Below the pieces are notes generated by a model. It did no database searches. It was not told where the DNA came from and worked only from the letters and a program-made list of their open reading frames with translations. The position numbers were made by a program, and so were the translations under genes. From the IMG/VR virus record IMGVR_UViG_3300037424_000274, positions 1 through 38,428 of that record: a stretch of DNA of 38,428 nt. The stretch is one strand, 5' to 3'. Of the stretch, positions 17,837-26,359 are shown piece after piece. Source of the DNA: a virus (lineage: Duplodnaviria > Caudoviricetes). Positions within the stretch are counted from its first letter, which is position 1. Each line of letters begins with the position of its first letter.

Positions 17837-17998
17837 TTCTTTTCCCTGTTTTCTTTAGCTTATTGTTTAGCTTTACCCATTCCCGGTCGCTCTGCAAGAA
17901 TTGATTTTGACTTGGCAGCCCTACCCCATCCGGCAGCCCGGCAGGCGGCTTGTCGCGCGGGTCTTTAGGCTTGTCGGTTTGTTTTGTTGGTGTCATTT

Positions 17999-18217
17999 CT
18001 ACCTCTTGAATGTATGCGGTCGTGTTGCGGTGAATTCCTCGCCGCCGTCAACCGGAATGAACGTCTGGGAAGTTACGCCGGGCGGCCAAATAATATCCTC
18101 CGAACCTCGCTCGTTCCCGGCGCACGTATCGCATTGACCGCGAATGCCGTTATAGCCAAGTTTGTACAACTTCCCGCACATGGGACATTTTTTGACTACT
18201 GGTTTATTTGGGTTCAT
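17999..18217 (-). CDS. Small Zn-finger protein
   Basis: CPMCG...CDTC; ATGA overlap. Confidence 0.55.
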   Translation of the reverse strand: MNPNKPVVKKCPMCGKLYKLGYNGIRGQCDTCAGNERGSEDIIWPPGVTSQTFIPVDGGEEFTATRPHTFKR

Positions 18218-18432
18218 TTCGTTTCCTTTCGTGTTTTCTCAATGCGCGTGCAATTTTTACAAACCCTGTACGTGTCTGGGTAACGCGACAAGACTTCCTC
18301 AACAACTAAAAGAGGTGCATGGTCGGTAGTCATACCACATAAGGTGTGTACTGTTTCTCCCCACGGATACGTTACCCACTTTATATAATGGATCACACAG
18401 CCGAACCCGAGAGTCCATCCGTATGTAGTCAT
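18214..18432 (-). CDS. Small Cys/His-motif protein
   Basis: H...TLCG...CKNC; ATGA overlaps on both sides. Confidence 0.55.
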   Translation of the reverse strand: MTTYGWTLGFGCVIHYIKWVTYPWGETVHTLCGMTTDHAPLLVVEEVLSRYPDTYRVCKNCTRIEKTRKETK

Positions 18433-18731
18433 CGTTTCATGTTCCTTTCGCTCAATCGTTTAGTGGACTCTCTCAGCCTCAACCTGGTCATGTATCCGCT
18501 CGCCCGCATCTCCGCCTCTATCGCCTCAGCCTTCAGCTCTGCCCGGCGCTGCCTGACGTAGTACCCCTGCACCTCGCCCTCCCACCCGTCAGGCGGTGGC
18601 GTGAACGGGTCGGCGTCATGCGCTGGCGGGTCGGCTTGCTTTAGCCTGCCAAGTGCGCGGATAATGTCAATGGCTACCACCCCGGCGACAATGGCGATAG
18701 CGGTTAGGCACGCGCCTTGAAGCGGTGTCAC
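18429..18731 (-). CDS. Hypothetical protein with N-terminal TM segment
   Basis: GTG start overlapping the upstream stop (GTGA); CLTAIAIVAGVVAI. Confidence 0.5.
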   Translation of the reverse strand: MTPLQGACLTAIAIVAGVVAIDIIRALGRLKQADPPAHDADPFTPPPDGWEGEVQGYYVRQRRAELKAEAIEAEMRASGYMTRLRLRESTKRLSERNMKR

Positions 18732-18871
18732 AGCACCACCACGAACACGTACAGCGCCAGGCATATCACAATCAGCATGCCCAGGCACAGCAGGATAATC
18801 ACGCCCATCACAGGCGGCTTGTCGCTGCAATCGTCACAGGATAGCTCTTCGTCGTGCAGGTAGTCGTTCAT
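18728..18871 (-). CDS. Small membrane protein (47 aa)
   Basis: MNDYLHDEELSCDDCSDKPPVMGVIILLCLGMLIVICLALYVFVVVL; below the ORF-track cutoff; AAGGA SD. Confidence 0.5.
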   Translation of the reverse strand: MNDYLHDEELSCDDCSDKPPVMGVIILLCLGMLIVICLALYVFVVVL

Positions 18872-18889
18872 TGCTCATCCTTCCTTTGC

Positions 18890-18927
18890 GCCCAGGGGTG
18901 GCAGACCTGTATCATTCACCCCTGGGC
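18890..18927. other. Intergenic hairpin (terminator or processing site)
   Basis: Perfect 11-bp inverted repeat GCCCAGGGGTG/CACCCCTGGGC. Confidence 0.5.
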
Positions 18928-18949
18928 TGATAAGCCAGATCGCTGGCGG

Positions 18950-20032
18950 TTATCCTACGGGTTGCGCCTTCGCCTCAATGTGCGCGTTGATGATTGCTAA
19001 CACCTGCTCGGGCGTACTCTTCCAGTCCGGGCGTTCCTTCTGCAAAATGGCGTCGGCTTCGTATTCGTTGATGGGGCGCATACGAATCTCCCGCACCCAT
19101 GCCGCCGGGTAGTTGTGCCCCTCGCCCTTCTTGCCAAGCGATGCACCGCGTTCGGGGTAGTTGTAAGGCGTGTCTGTGTCCATCTCGCGCTGAATGTTTG
19201 CATCCAGATCGTCGTTAGCCGCGTCACCGCTTGGGCCAGGCATCGCGGATGCTACAAAGGCGCGTTGCTCTGCGGCGGTACGGGCGATAGGCTCGGCTTT
19301 GGGATGGGTGGTGGGCTCTACCTTCACGGTTACGGGCGGTTCCTCGTGCCACTCGCCCACCGCGTAATCCTCAATATCCTGGGTGAAGTATTCACTGGCG
19401 TTGCACCCTAACAGCACGGCGGCGATAATAGCGCGTTTCTGTGCCATCTTGTCGATAGTGTTCACTACGTCGGCGGGGTCCGGGTTCACCACCTGCCCTA
19501 CCTGCTGCCCGACAATCTCCGGGGCGGTATCCACAAACTTCGCACCGCACCCGCCTTTCTTCAAGAAGCACAACCACCCGCCGCCGAATTCCTTTTTACC
19601 GGCGATAATGGTAGCCTTGCCGCACTTGGGGCAGATGCGCTCACCGTTGCGGTAGCGGTATTTCTTTTCCCACGAGCTGCACGAGCCGATACCCTCAGCG
19701 ACAACCAACTCACCGCGCATTGCCTGGGCCTTGTAGCGGTAGAAGAAGAACGGCTCGCCGCCATGTTCCCCGCCGGTCCAATCCTCGGTGACGGTCATGC
19801 TCTGCAAGCGGATGGCCAGCCCGAAGAAGCGCGATAACTTCTCGGCTCCCGGCTTCAACAGGGTCGGCTTGCTACCAGCGCCGGGGATTACCCCGAAGTC
19901 TACGCCCTCATGCAGCACGCCAGCTACAAAGTCCTTCATGGATTGATACGCCTGGAGGGCCATGCGCAGGTCTGCAACCGGCGCGATAAACTGCGATTGT
20001 GGCATTGCCACCGTCAAAGCGTTCTCAGTCAT
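18950..20032 (-). CDS. Putative single-strand annealing/recombination protein with Zn-ribbon insertion
   Basis: GVDFGVIPG..KPTLLKPGAEKL...EGIGSCSSWE...CPKCG...NTIDKMAQKRA...FTQDIED, then a low-complexity tail. The SSAP function is inferred. Confidence 0.55.
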   Translation of the reverse strand: MTENALTVAMPQSQFIAPVADLRMALQAYQSMKDFVAGVLHEGVDFGVIPGAGSKPTLLKPGAEKLSRFFGLAIRLQSMTVTEDWTGGEHGGEPFFFYRYKAQAMRGELVVAEGIGSCSSWEKKYRYRNGERICPKCGKATIIAGKKEFGGGWLCFLKKGGCGAKFVDTAPEIVGQQVGQVVNPDPADVVNTIDKMAQKRAIIAAVLLGCNASEYFTQDIEDYAVGEWHEEPPVTVKVEPTTHPKAEPIARTAAEQRAFVASAMPGPSGDAANDDLDANIQREMDTDTPYNYPERGASLGKKGEGHNYPAAWVREIRMRPINEYEADAILQKERPDWKSTPEQVLAIINAHIEAKAQPVG

Positions 20033-20193
20033 TAGTATTTGCCTTTCCCGTTCGCCGTAAACTTGCGGATAACCCTCTGCTCGCGCCCGTTGTTGATGGC
20101 GCTGAACAGCCTGTCTAATTGGCATAAAAGCCACATGATACCGAACACGCTCGCGCACGCGATAAGCCAGAATGTAGCAGCGTCTAGTTTCAT
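20032..20193 (-). CDS. Small membrane protein
   Basis: MKLDAATFWLIACASVFGIMWLLC; GGAG SD; TAATG coupling. Confidence 0.5.
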   Translation of the reverse strand: MKLDAATFWLIACASVFGIMWLLCQLDRLFSAINNGREQRVIRKFTANGKGKY

Positions 20194-20377
20194 TCCAAAC
20201 TCCCCTCTGTGATTCTCCATCCAAGAGCCAACATGAATATGTTTTTATGTTCCAGATCCATGCTGTTCAGCCACACCAGGATGCGCCCGTGAATGTCGGT
20301 AATATCTTCAGCGCCCAGGCCATACACAATGTCGTAGATGTCGCTGGCAAGGCGTGGCAGGTCGAAATACGTTTCGT

Positions 20378-20683
20378 TCATAGCGTCACCCCATCCTCGA
20401 AAGCATCCGGGTGTTCCCACCAAATTTCTCGCATCAGCTGCAATTCGTTGTCGATGTCCGTCACCAGTTTGGCGGCCTCGCCCAGTGCCTCGCGCGTCAC
20501 GTCGGTCCCGGCCTGAATGTGCATATCTTCGGCCTGGTCTAGCTTCTCTAACGCCGCCCGAAGTTCCTCGTTCTTGCGCTGAATGGGCAGCGGTATCCAC
20601 ACGCGGGCTGGCGGCTCGATGCGCTCCCAACCGTGCGCCCACTCAGTCAATACTTCCGGCTTGCACGTGCATTGCGTGGTCAT
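20378..20683 (-). CDS. Hypothetical protein
   Basis: ATGA overlap with the upstream gene; helical C-terminus. Confidence 0.55.
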   Translation of the reverse strand: MTTQCTCKPEVLTEWAHGWERIEPPARVWIPLPIQRKNEELRAALEKLDQAEDMHIQAGTDVTREALGEAAKLVTDIDNELQLMREIWWEHPDAFEDGVTL

Positions 20684-20862
20684 GATTGCTCCCCTTCCGG
20701 CGCGGCCGGGATGATGCCAGCCTCGATAAGGCGGCGGTATTCCCGCTCCAGCAGCATGTCGATTACAGCAACCTTTGATGTTTGTGGGATTGTGTACTTC
20801 AGGATCGCCTGGAGCCTTTTCTCCCCCTTCTCCTTTAGCGTCACTACCGGTCTGCTTGCCAT
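20680..20862 (-). CDS. Small DNA-binding protein (Cro-position, ribbon-helix-helix-like)
   Basis: First gene after the leftward promoter; GGAGG SD; beta-helix-helix pattern PVVTL...SKVAVIDMLL. Confidence 0.55.
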   Translation of the reverse strand: MASRPVVTLKEKGEKRLQAILKYTIPQTSKVAVIDMLLEREYRRLIEAGIIPAAPEGEQS

Positions 20863-20904
20863 TTGGCCTCCCTAAATGATAGTTGAATTCTACGATCTAA
20901 TAAT

Positions 20905-20932
20905 ATTATACGCCGTTTGCTGGTGTTGTCAA
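20905..20932 (-). promoter_or_regulatory. Leftward early promoter
   Basis: TTGACA-N16-TATAAT on the minus strand. Confidence 0.85.
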
Positions 20933-20958
20933 GTATCAATCTTTATAAATATTAGTCC

Positions 20959-20987
20959 TTGACTTACAATATCATTACACTTATAAT
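20959..20987 (+). promoter_or_regulatory. Rightward promoter for the repressor-like gene
   Basis: TTGACT-N17-TATAAT; a second TATAAT at 21016-21021. Confidence 0.8.
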
Positions 20988-21035
20988 AAAATTATACGAA
21001 GGGGGCATAATCCGGTATAATGAGGAGGCACTTAC

Positions 21036-21416
21036 ATGGATGCAAGAAACAGGGCTGAAATACGCAAGATTTTGTTTAGGCTGAAACGGGCCTATGAGAA
21101 CGAGCAGGGCGCGGCGGTAAGCGATGCAGCATTCAGTGGGCGTATGGGGATTACCCCCAGCGTCTACAACGGATACAAGAAGGGCCATAATGTACCGGGC
21201 CCGGATAACAGTCGACTCATTGGGAGTTGGGTCGCCCGTTACCTGGGTGAGGTTGAGCGCAAGAAATTTATGGAGCTTTGCGGCCACGATGCTGAACTGC
21301 GCAAGATAGAGGGGCTCGACCTGGCCTACATAGTTGAACATTGGGAAGATGTCCCGATGGAAAAGAGGCGGGAAATTTATGACCAAGTTGCACAGCGAGA
21401 TAAGGCAGGACCGTGA
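21036..21416 (+). CDS. CI-position XRE-like HTH repressor
   Basis: SDAAFSGRMGITPSVYNGYKKGHNVPG; GAGGAGG SD; divergent from the small DNA-binding gene. Confidence 0.7.
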   Translation: MDARNRAEIRKILFRLKRAYENEQGAAVSDAAFSGRMGITPSVYNGYKKGHNVPGPDNSRLIGSWVARYLGEVERKKFMELCGHDAELRKIEGLDLAYIVEHWEDVPMEKRREIYDQVAQRDKAGP

Positions 21417-21531
21417 TGAGATAGAGTCGTTAGACTTACTGGATCAATTCATTGTTGGCTGGTATGAAGCAAGCGAGGAGGCCCGACGCCGGGCCTTTTC
21501 TATTGTCTGGAGCTATCTCCACCGTAATTAG
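21379..21531 (+). CDS. Small hypothetical protein
   Basis: MTKLHSEIRQ... overlapping the 3' end of the repressor. Confidence 0.35.
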   Translation: MTKLHSEIRQDRDEIESLDLLDQFIVGWYEASEEARRRAFSIVWSYLHRN

Positions 21532-21603
21532 ATAATCTACGCCAGGGGGATATTATACGGTCATCAAATGCGCCTCCGGCGTCCTACGATCAAATATTAG
21601 TAG

Positions 21604-21632
21604 TTGACATTCGTATGATAATGCCTTACAAT
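21604..21632 (+). promoter_or_regulatory. Promoter of the replication operon
   Basis: TTGACA-N17-TACAAT. Confidence 0.8.
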
Positions 21633-21659
21633 GGAATTGATTTGACGCGCGGAATGCGC

Positions 21660-21797
21660 CGGGTGCCAGCCCGAAAACACAGGGAAGCGCCAGAGTAGAC
21701 CCTTCGCGGGTTCTTCAACTGGTCGGTAGGTATAGCCCTGGCAGGCTCAGCTTCCCGGCCCAACCGATCAGTTGAAGAGCGCACGAGGGGTTTTTGT
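21660..21797 (+). ncRNA. C4-like antisense/attenuator leader RNA (element C)
   Basis: CGGG-TGCCAG-CCCG and AGCC-CTGGCA-GGCT hairpins have complementary loops; GGGAAGC/GCTTCCC; ~28-bp stem ending in a U-tract. Confidence 0.65.
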
Positions 21798-21813
21798 ATC
21801 AAGGGGTGAGGGG

Positions 21814-21915
21814 ATGATCTTTCAATACATTTACGCAATAGTAACTCGGTGGTCGTTCTGGCTGGTCGTTGCGTTCATTATCGGCGCGGTGATTGGCTTG
21901 TGGCTGAGGGGGTAG
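21814..21915 (+). CDS. 33-aa single-TM peptide
   Basis: MIFQYIYAIVTRWSFWLVVAFIIGAVIGLWLRG with a G-rich SD. Confidence 0.5.
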   Translation: MIFQYIYAIVTRWSFWLVVAFIIGAVIGLWLRG

Positions 21916-21919
21916 GGGG

Positions 21920-22267
21920 ATGGAATTAGATTACGCCCTGAGCCTTGCGACCTTGTTGACAGACAATCACCAGACCAGGCCGCTACTGCTCGATGACTGG
22001 TATGAGGAATTTGACCCGGGATTTGTGAATTACTACGAGTACATCAAATCACCTGAGTGGCGGGTGAGAGCCAATGCAGCTAAACGACGCGCCGGGTATC
22101 GCTGCCAGACTTGCGGAAGCAATAACAAATTGCAAGCGCATCATCTTAGTTATGACCGCCTGGGTGATGAACGGGAAGAGGACATAAAAGTTCTTTGTGA
22201 TGAATGCCACGAAGCGGTAAGTAAAGCCCATAAGAAAGTAAACAACTACGGCGATATTCCTTATTAG
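21920..22267 (+). CDS. HNH endonuclease (McrA-like Zn-binding type)
   Basis: YIKSPEW, YRCQTCG, LQAHHLSY, VLCDECH. Confidence 0.85.
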   Translation: MELDYALSLATLLTDNHQTRPLLLDDWYEEFDPGFVNYYEYIKSPEWRVRANAAKRRAGYRCQTCGSNNKLQAHHLSYDRLGDEREEDIKVLCDECHEAVSKAHKKVNNYGDIPY

Positions 22268-22274
22268 GTGACTT

Positions 22275-23282
22275 ATGACTATCGATACCATCTTACGCGA
22301 TAACGACCTGCTGCGCCTTGCGGAACACGACGGGGCGCAATTCAAGAAAGGACGTACTGACTGGCGTTCACATTGTCCCATTCACAAAGGTGAAGACAGA
22401 GGCGCGTTTGCAGTATGGGAAGAAGATGGTAAGCAGAAATGGAAATGCTTTACCGGAGTATGCGGCAGCGGTGACGTGCTTGATTATGTCATGGCATACG
22501 AACGGGTGGACCTAAAACGGGCGATGGAGATATTAGGCGGCGATCATCCCGTAACCCAGGCCGAAGCACAACAAGCCGCCGAAGCCCGCCGCGTAAGTGC
22601 TGAGGCATACGAGGCAAGGAAACGCGCTGAATACCACCAGGCGCTAGAAGAATTGTGGCGGGCGCGAATGTGGGAACGCTATTACACCAACCTGGAAAAC
22701 GACCCGGACGCGCAACAGTTATGGATCAAGCGGGGCATACCCGTTGACTGGCAGAGTTTATGGCAGTTAGGGTATTGCCCCGATTTTGTTTATTCTACCG
22801 ACGGCGCGGTACATCATTCAGCATCTTTGACCATCCCGATATTCACGGGCAGGGACCAGCCCGACAATATCAGGCACAGGATACTAAGCCCGTTCAACCC
22901 GAACGACAAGTACCGCCCGGATCGCCCAGGATTGAAGGCTCTCCCGTTCATGGCCGACCAGTACGAGAAAGACCATGAATGCGTGCTTGTTGTTGAAGGG
23001 GAAATCAAGGCGATGGTTTCCTATATATGGCTTGACTCGAAGAAGTGGCAGGTGTACGGGATACCGGGAAAAGAGCAGTACCGGGAGTTGTGTGAATCGC
23101 TGAAAGGCCGGGCGGTATGGTTTGCGTTTGATCCTGACGCTACATCTCAGGCGGAGGCGGCCGCTCGGGTTGTTGGGGGGCGGGTGATACCGATGGTTAC
23201 AAAGATAGATGACGCCCTGAATGCACGGATCTTAAATACTAAATCTCTTAGACGGCTTTTATCAATGGCAAGGAAGGTATAG
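22275..23282 (+). CDS. DNA primase (CHC2 Zn finger + TOPRIM)
   Basis: CPIH...WKCFTGVCGSGDVLDY; VLVVEGEIKA; FDPD. Confidence 0.85.
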   Translation: MTIDTILRDNDLLRLAEHDGAQFKKGRTDWRSHCPIHKGEDRGAFAVWEEDGKQKWKCFTGVCGSGDVLDYVMAYERVDLKRAMEILGGDHPVTQAEAQQAAEARRVSAEAYEARKRAEYHQALEELWRARMWERYYTNLENDPDAQQLWIKRGIPVDWQSLWQLGYCPDFVYSTDGAVHHSASLTIPIFTGRDQPDNIRHRILSPFNPNDKYRPDRPGLKALPFMADQYEKDHECVLVVEGEIKAMVSYIWLDSKKWQVYGIPGKEQYRELCESLKGRAVWFAFDPDATSQAEAAARVVGGRVIPMVTKIDDALNARILNTKSLRRLLSMARKV

Positions 23283-23975
23283 ATGGCAAACGCAAGGTTT
23301 TCTATCTTACAGGCTAAGGCGGTTGAGGACAAGCGTATCAGTAATGCGCAATTTAGAACGCTGGCGGCATTAGGTACGTTTGGGGATAAAGAAGGGTGGT
23401 GCTTTCCTAAGTTGAAAACAATAGCTGACATGATTGGAAAGACAAGACAGGCCGTAAACCGTGACTTGATACACCTTCAAAAGTTAGAGTACATCGAAAT
23501 CCACCACCAGCACCGGCCCGACGGAGGACTATCGAGCAGCTTATATCGCCTGATATTCGACCCCCCCGTAAACACTACGCTTACACCCCATCAACCTCAG
23601 GAGCTTACACCTGTAAGCGTGGCGGTTGATACCCCATCAACATCTGAGGTTGACGCATTAACGCCCCATGTTAACGACCCATCTAATGATCCAGAAGAAG
23701 TAGTAGAAGAACCACAACGCCCTAATGTTTACGGGGTGTATGAACGGGAGGTTGGGGGACTAACCCAAATGATAGGTGAAATGCTAGACGAAATTGACAA
23801 GGCATACCCGGAAGGGTGGTTCGAGAAGGCGGTGAGAGAAGCAAAGAAAAGCACAACTAGAGTGACGTTGAAATATATCGAGGCAATTATGAAAAGGTGG
23901 AAGGCGGAAGGATTACCGGGTGAAATGATTGACGCGCCCGCCTTCACGTCAAACACCGGAAGGGTATCGCTATGA
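23283..23975 (+). CDS. Replication initiator (N-terminal wHTH, C-terminal DnaD-like)
   Basis: GWCFPKLKTIADMIG..RQAVNRDL; YEREVGGLT...LKYIEAIMKRW. Confidence 0.85.
   Translation: MANARFSILQAKAVEDKRISNAQFRTLAALGTFGDKEGWCFPKLKTIADMIGKTRQAVNRDLIHLQKLEYIEIHHQHRPDGGLSSSLYRLIFDPPVNTTLTPHQPQELTPVSVAVDTPSTSEVDALTPHVNDPSNDPEEVVEEPQRPNVYGVYEREVGGLTQMIGEMLDEIDKAYPEGWFEKAVREAKKSTTRVTLKYIEAIMKRWKAEGLPGEMIDAPAFTSNTGRVSL
23566..23690. repeat. Iteron-like repeats, putative replication origin
   Basis: ACCCCATCAAC x2, GCTTACACC x2 and GGTTGA x2 cluster in the initiator linker, as in lambdoid origins. Confidence 0.55.
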
Positions 23976-25018
23976 CTGAAAAAGAATTCGATCCAAAGTC
24001 TGCCGTTTACACGCCGCCAGAGGTTGCTACCTATACCCTGGACGCGATCAAGGAAGTCAAGGAATTAAAGACGCGGGGTATCGCCCTTCCAATAGCAGAC
24101 ATAAAAGATTATTTTGCACCGCTGCTGCCGGGTCAGATATGCGTAGTCCAGGCGCAAACCCACCAGTACAAAAGCGGCTTCCTTCACTTTTGGGAGAACG
24201 CGGCCGCTTTGCAGTTGATGGAGGACGGGCGCGATGATGAAGCAATTATTCACGTATCGGTTGAGGAAGTTGTAGAAGAACAGGGTTTCTTGATGCTCGG
24301 GCGCATGACCGGTGAAGACGCCGGGAAGTTGGCAAGGGGTGAGGTACAGGACTGGTCAAGGTTAGAGGCTGAGGCGCAGCGTATCGGCACAATTCCTATC
24401 TACCGGATAGGCGATAGCCTGGCCCGCGCCGAGGATATGCCAAACCTGTACTTATCTAATATGGTCAGGGCTATTCGGTCGCTGGTGGATGGCAGCGTAA
24501 CCGGGCGCAAGATCAAGCCCGCCCTGCTTACCTTCGACTATTTGCAAGCCTTCCCCATCGATCCAGAGATAAAGAAGGCGCAATTAGAAAACCAGCGCAA
24601 TCTACAAGTACGCCAGGATTTCTATAGACTCTACCAGGCGGCTGCTTACTTCAAGTGTCCGACCCTTGTGGCTGTACAGGCCAAACAAGAACTAGAAAAA
24701 CGAAGGGGGGATAGTAAGATGCCGGGAATGTATGACGCCCAGGAAACCAGCGCAATTGCACAACGTACTCAGCGCATGATAAGCCTTTGGATGCCAAAGG
24801 TAACAGAAGGGGTAGGTTCGCAAATTACGATTGACAACCAAACGCTAACCGTCACAGAGAATATGCTATTCGTCAAAGTGGCGAAGCAGCGCGGTGGCTT
24901 ACCATCCGGTCAGACGTGGTTATGCCAGATCGACTTCAGCAAGAACCTGATAGCGCCACTCGTTACGGACAAGCAATCCCAGCCCGCCACGCAGTACCCG
25001 AAGGGGCGGCAGTCATGA
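23972..25018 (+). CDS. DnaB-like (SF4) replicative helicase
   Basis: LLPGQI, HVSVEE, LLTFDYLQ, VAVQ, TSAIAQ, VAKQRGG. Walker A is atypical. Confidence 0.8.
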   Translation: MTEKEFDPKSAVYTPPEVATYTLDAIKEVKELKTRGIALPIADIKDYFAPLLPGQICVVQAQTHQYKSGFLHFWENAAALQLMEDGRDDEAIIHVSVEEVVEEQGFLMLGRMTGEDAGKLARGEVQDWSRLEAEAQRIGTIPIYRIGDSLARAEDMPNLYLSNMVRAIRSLVDGSVTGRKIKPALLTFDYLQAFPIDPEIKKAQLENQRNLQVRQDFYRLYQAAAYFKCPTLVAVQAKQELEKRRGDSKMPGMYDAQETSAIAQRTQRMISLWMPKVTEGVGSQITIDNQTLTVTENMLFVKVAKQRGGLPSGQTWLCQIDFSKNLIAPLVTDKQSQPATQYPKGRQS

Positions 25019-25185
25019 CCACCCACATCATCACCTACCTGCACCGCTGCCGCCGCTGCCTATGCGAGTGGCGGGCGTCGTATGCCGAGGCGAGATGCCC
25101 CAGGTGTAACGGGGCTGACGTGAGGGTGGATATTCAACTTTCAGCGAATGATGAAAAGAAAGGAATGCGAGATGAGCGAATATAA
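25015..25185 (+). CDS. Small Zn-ribbon protein
   Basis: CRRC...CPRC; ATGA overlap. Confidence 0.55.
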   Translation: MTTHIITYLHRCRRCLCEWRASYAEARCPRCNGADVRVDIQLSANDEKKGMRDERI

Positions 25186-25543
25186 AGAGAAACTTCTTGC
25201 AAGCGCCAAGGGTATGGATTCATATTCATTCCAGGATTGGCTAATTGCCAAGTTGGAATATGCCGAGAGGACTATCCAGAGAGTCGAGGGTGATCTTATC
25301 CAATCGAACGCCGAGCGGGACAGATATTACGAGCGCATTCAGGAATTGATCGTGGAGAACAACAAGCTGTTTGACTTGTCTAGCCGTATGCGGTGCGCCA
25401 TTGGATATTTGTACGACCAATGCGATAACGTACCCCATGCAGATAACTGCGACGTAGACAACACCGGATATTGCACGTGTGCAAGGGCCGAATTCAACTC
25501 GCTGGTAGTGAATTATCACGCCGAATTCCAGGGGAAACTATGA
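25172..25543 (+). CDS. Hypothetical coiled-coil protein with Cys/His motif
   Basis: AAGGA SD; H..NC......CTC. Confidence 0.55.
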   Translation: MSEYKEKLLASAKGMDSYSFQDWLIAKLEYAERTIQRVEGDLIQSNAERDRYYERIQELIVENNKLFDLSSRMRCAIGYLYDQCDNVPHADNCDVDNTGYCTCARAEFNSLVVNYHAEFQGKL

Positions 25544-25728
25544 CCCCCACGCAACCCCGGCTAACCATGCACGAACTTACCATCCCCGACCACTTGCGCC
25601 CCGGCCCTATCGTTGCGGTATCCGACACGAACACGGCGCGGGATAAGGCTGACGCGGATGCGGCGGCAAGGGCGCGGGCGCTGGCGGAATACATGGCGAA
25701 GGTGAACGCAGGGAGGGGGCGACGATGA
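25540..25728 (+). CDS. Hypothetical protein
   Basis: ATGA overlaps on both sides. Confidence 0.5.
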   Translation: MTPTQPRLTMHELTIPDHLRPGPIVAVSDTNTARDKADADAAARARALAEYMAKVNAGRGRR

Positions 25729-26174
25729 CCACCACACGATTACCGGACGATACCCTGACGTTTGGCAGGCTAGTCTACTGCTCTTCGTGTGGCAAGCCTG
25801 TCTACCGACGGCGTATCAACGTGACCGGCCCGCGTTGTGACAAATGCAGGAGAGAGGTACGCAACGAGTACAACCGGCGGCGACGGCGTGGCCTGGAGCC
25901 CGCAGTCATACACGGACCTTATCAGCCGCGCGAGCCTAAAGAGAGGCAGGGCCGCTACACCGCGATACTTACGGCTGGCACGGTGCTGGTCTACCATGCG
26001 GGCTACCGGGCGCGGGTGGTGTTCGAGTATGAGCAGTACCCTATCGAGGAGATACGCGCGAGCCTGGCGGCGGATGCGCTTCCGGACGGGGTGACGTTCC
26101 ACGCGATGAGGGGCGGAGTGGACTTGGGCTACTGGCGGGCTGAGTGCGGAAGTTTGGTTGAGGCGCAACCATGA
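25725..26174 (+). CDS. Zn-finger hypothetical protein
   Basis: CSSCG...CDKC; coupled to neighbours. Confidence 0.55.
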   Translation: MTTTRLPDDTLTFGRLVYCSSCGKPVYRRRINVTGPRCDKCRREVRNEYNRRRRRGLEPAVIHGPYQPREPKERQGRYTAILTAGTVLVYHAGYRARVVFEYEQYPIEEIRASLAADALPDGVTFHAMRGGVDLGYWRAECGSLVEAQP

Positions 26175-26359
26175 CCGGCTGGCGAGCCCTGCGCACGTGC
26201 GAGGAATGGGCGTTCGCGTTGACGGTGGCACTTGGCTACTACTACGCATGGGCGGATGAGTACGCTTGCGAGACGGCATTCGCTGAACGGCCGTGCTACT
26301 GGACTTGGGACACGATGAATGAGAAAACGAGGCTGGAATGGAAGCGAGGGATGAAATGA
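26171..26359 (+). CDS. Hypothetical protein
   Basis: ATGA overlaps; Trp-rich. Confidence 0.5.
   Translation: MTGWRALRTCEEWAFALTVALGYYYAWADEYACETAFAERPCYWTWDTMNEKTRLEWKRGMK

Noticed and set aside
17837-17996. A third A/B-type RNA leader upstream of HNH 17375-17836
   Set aside because: The region reads as a ~56-aa minus-strand ORF overlapping the HNH start and lacks the conserved hairpin and anti-SD stem.
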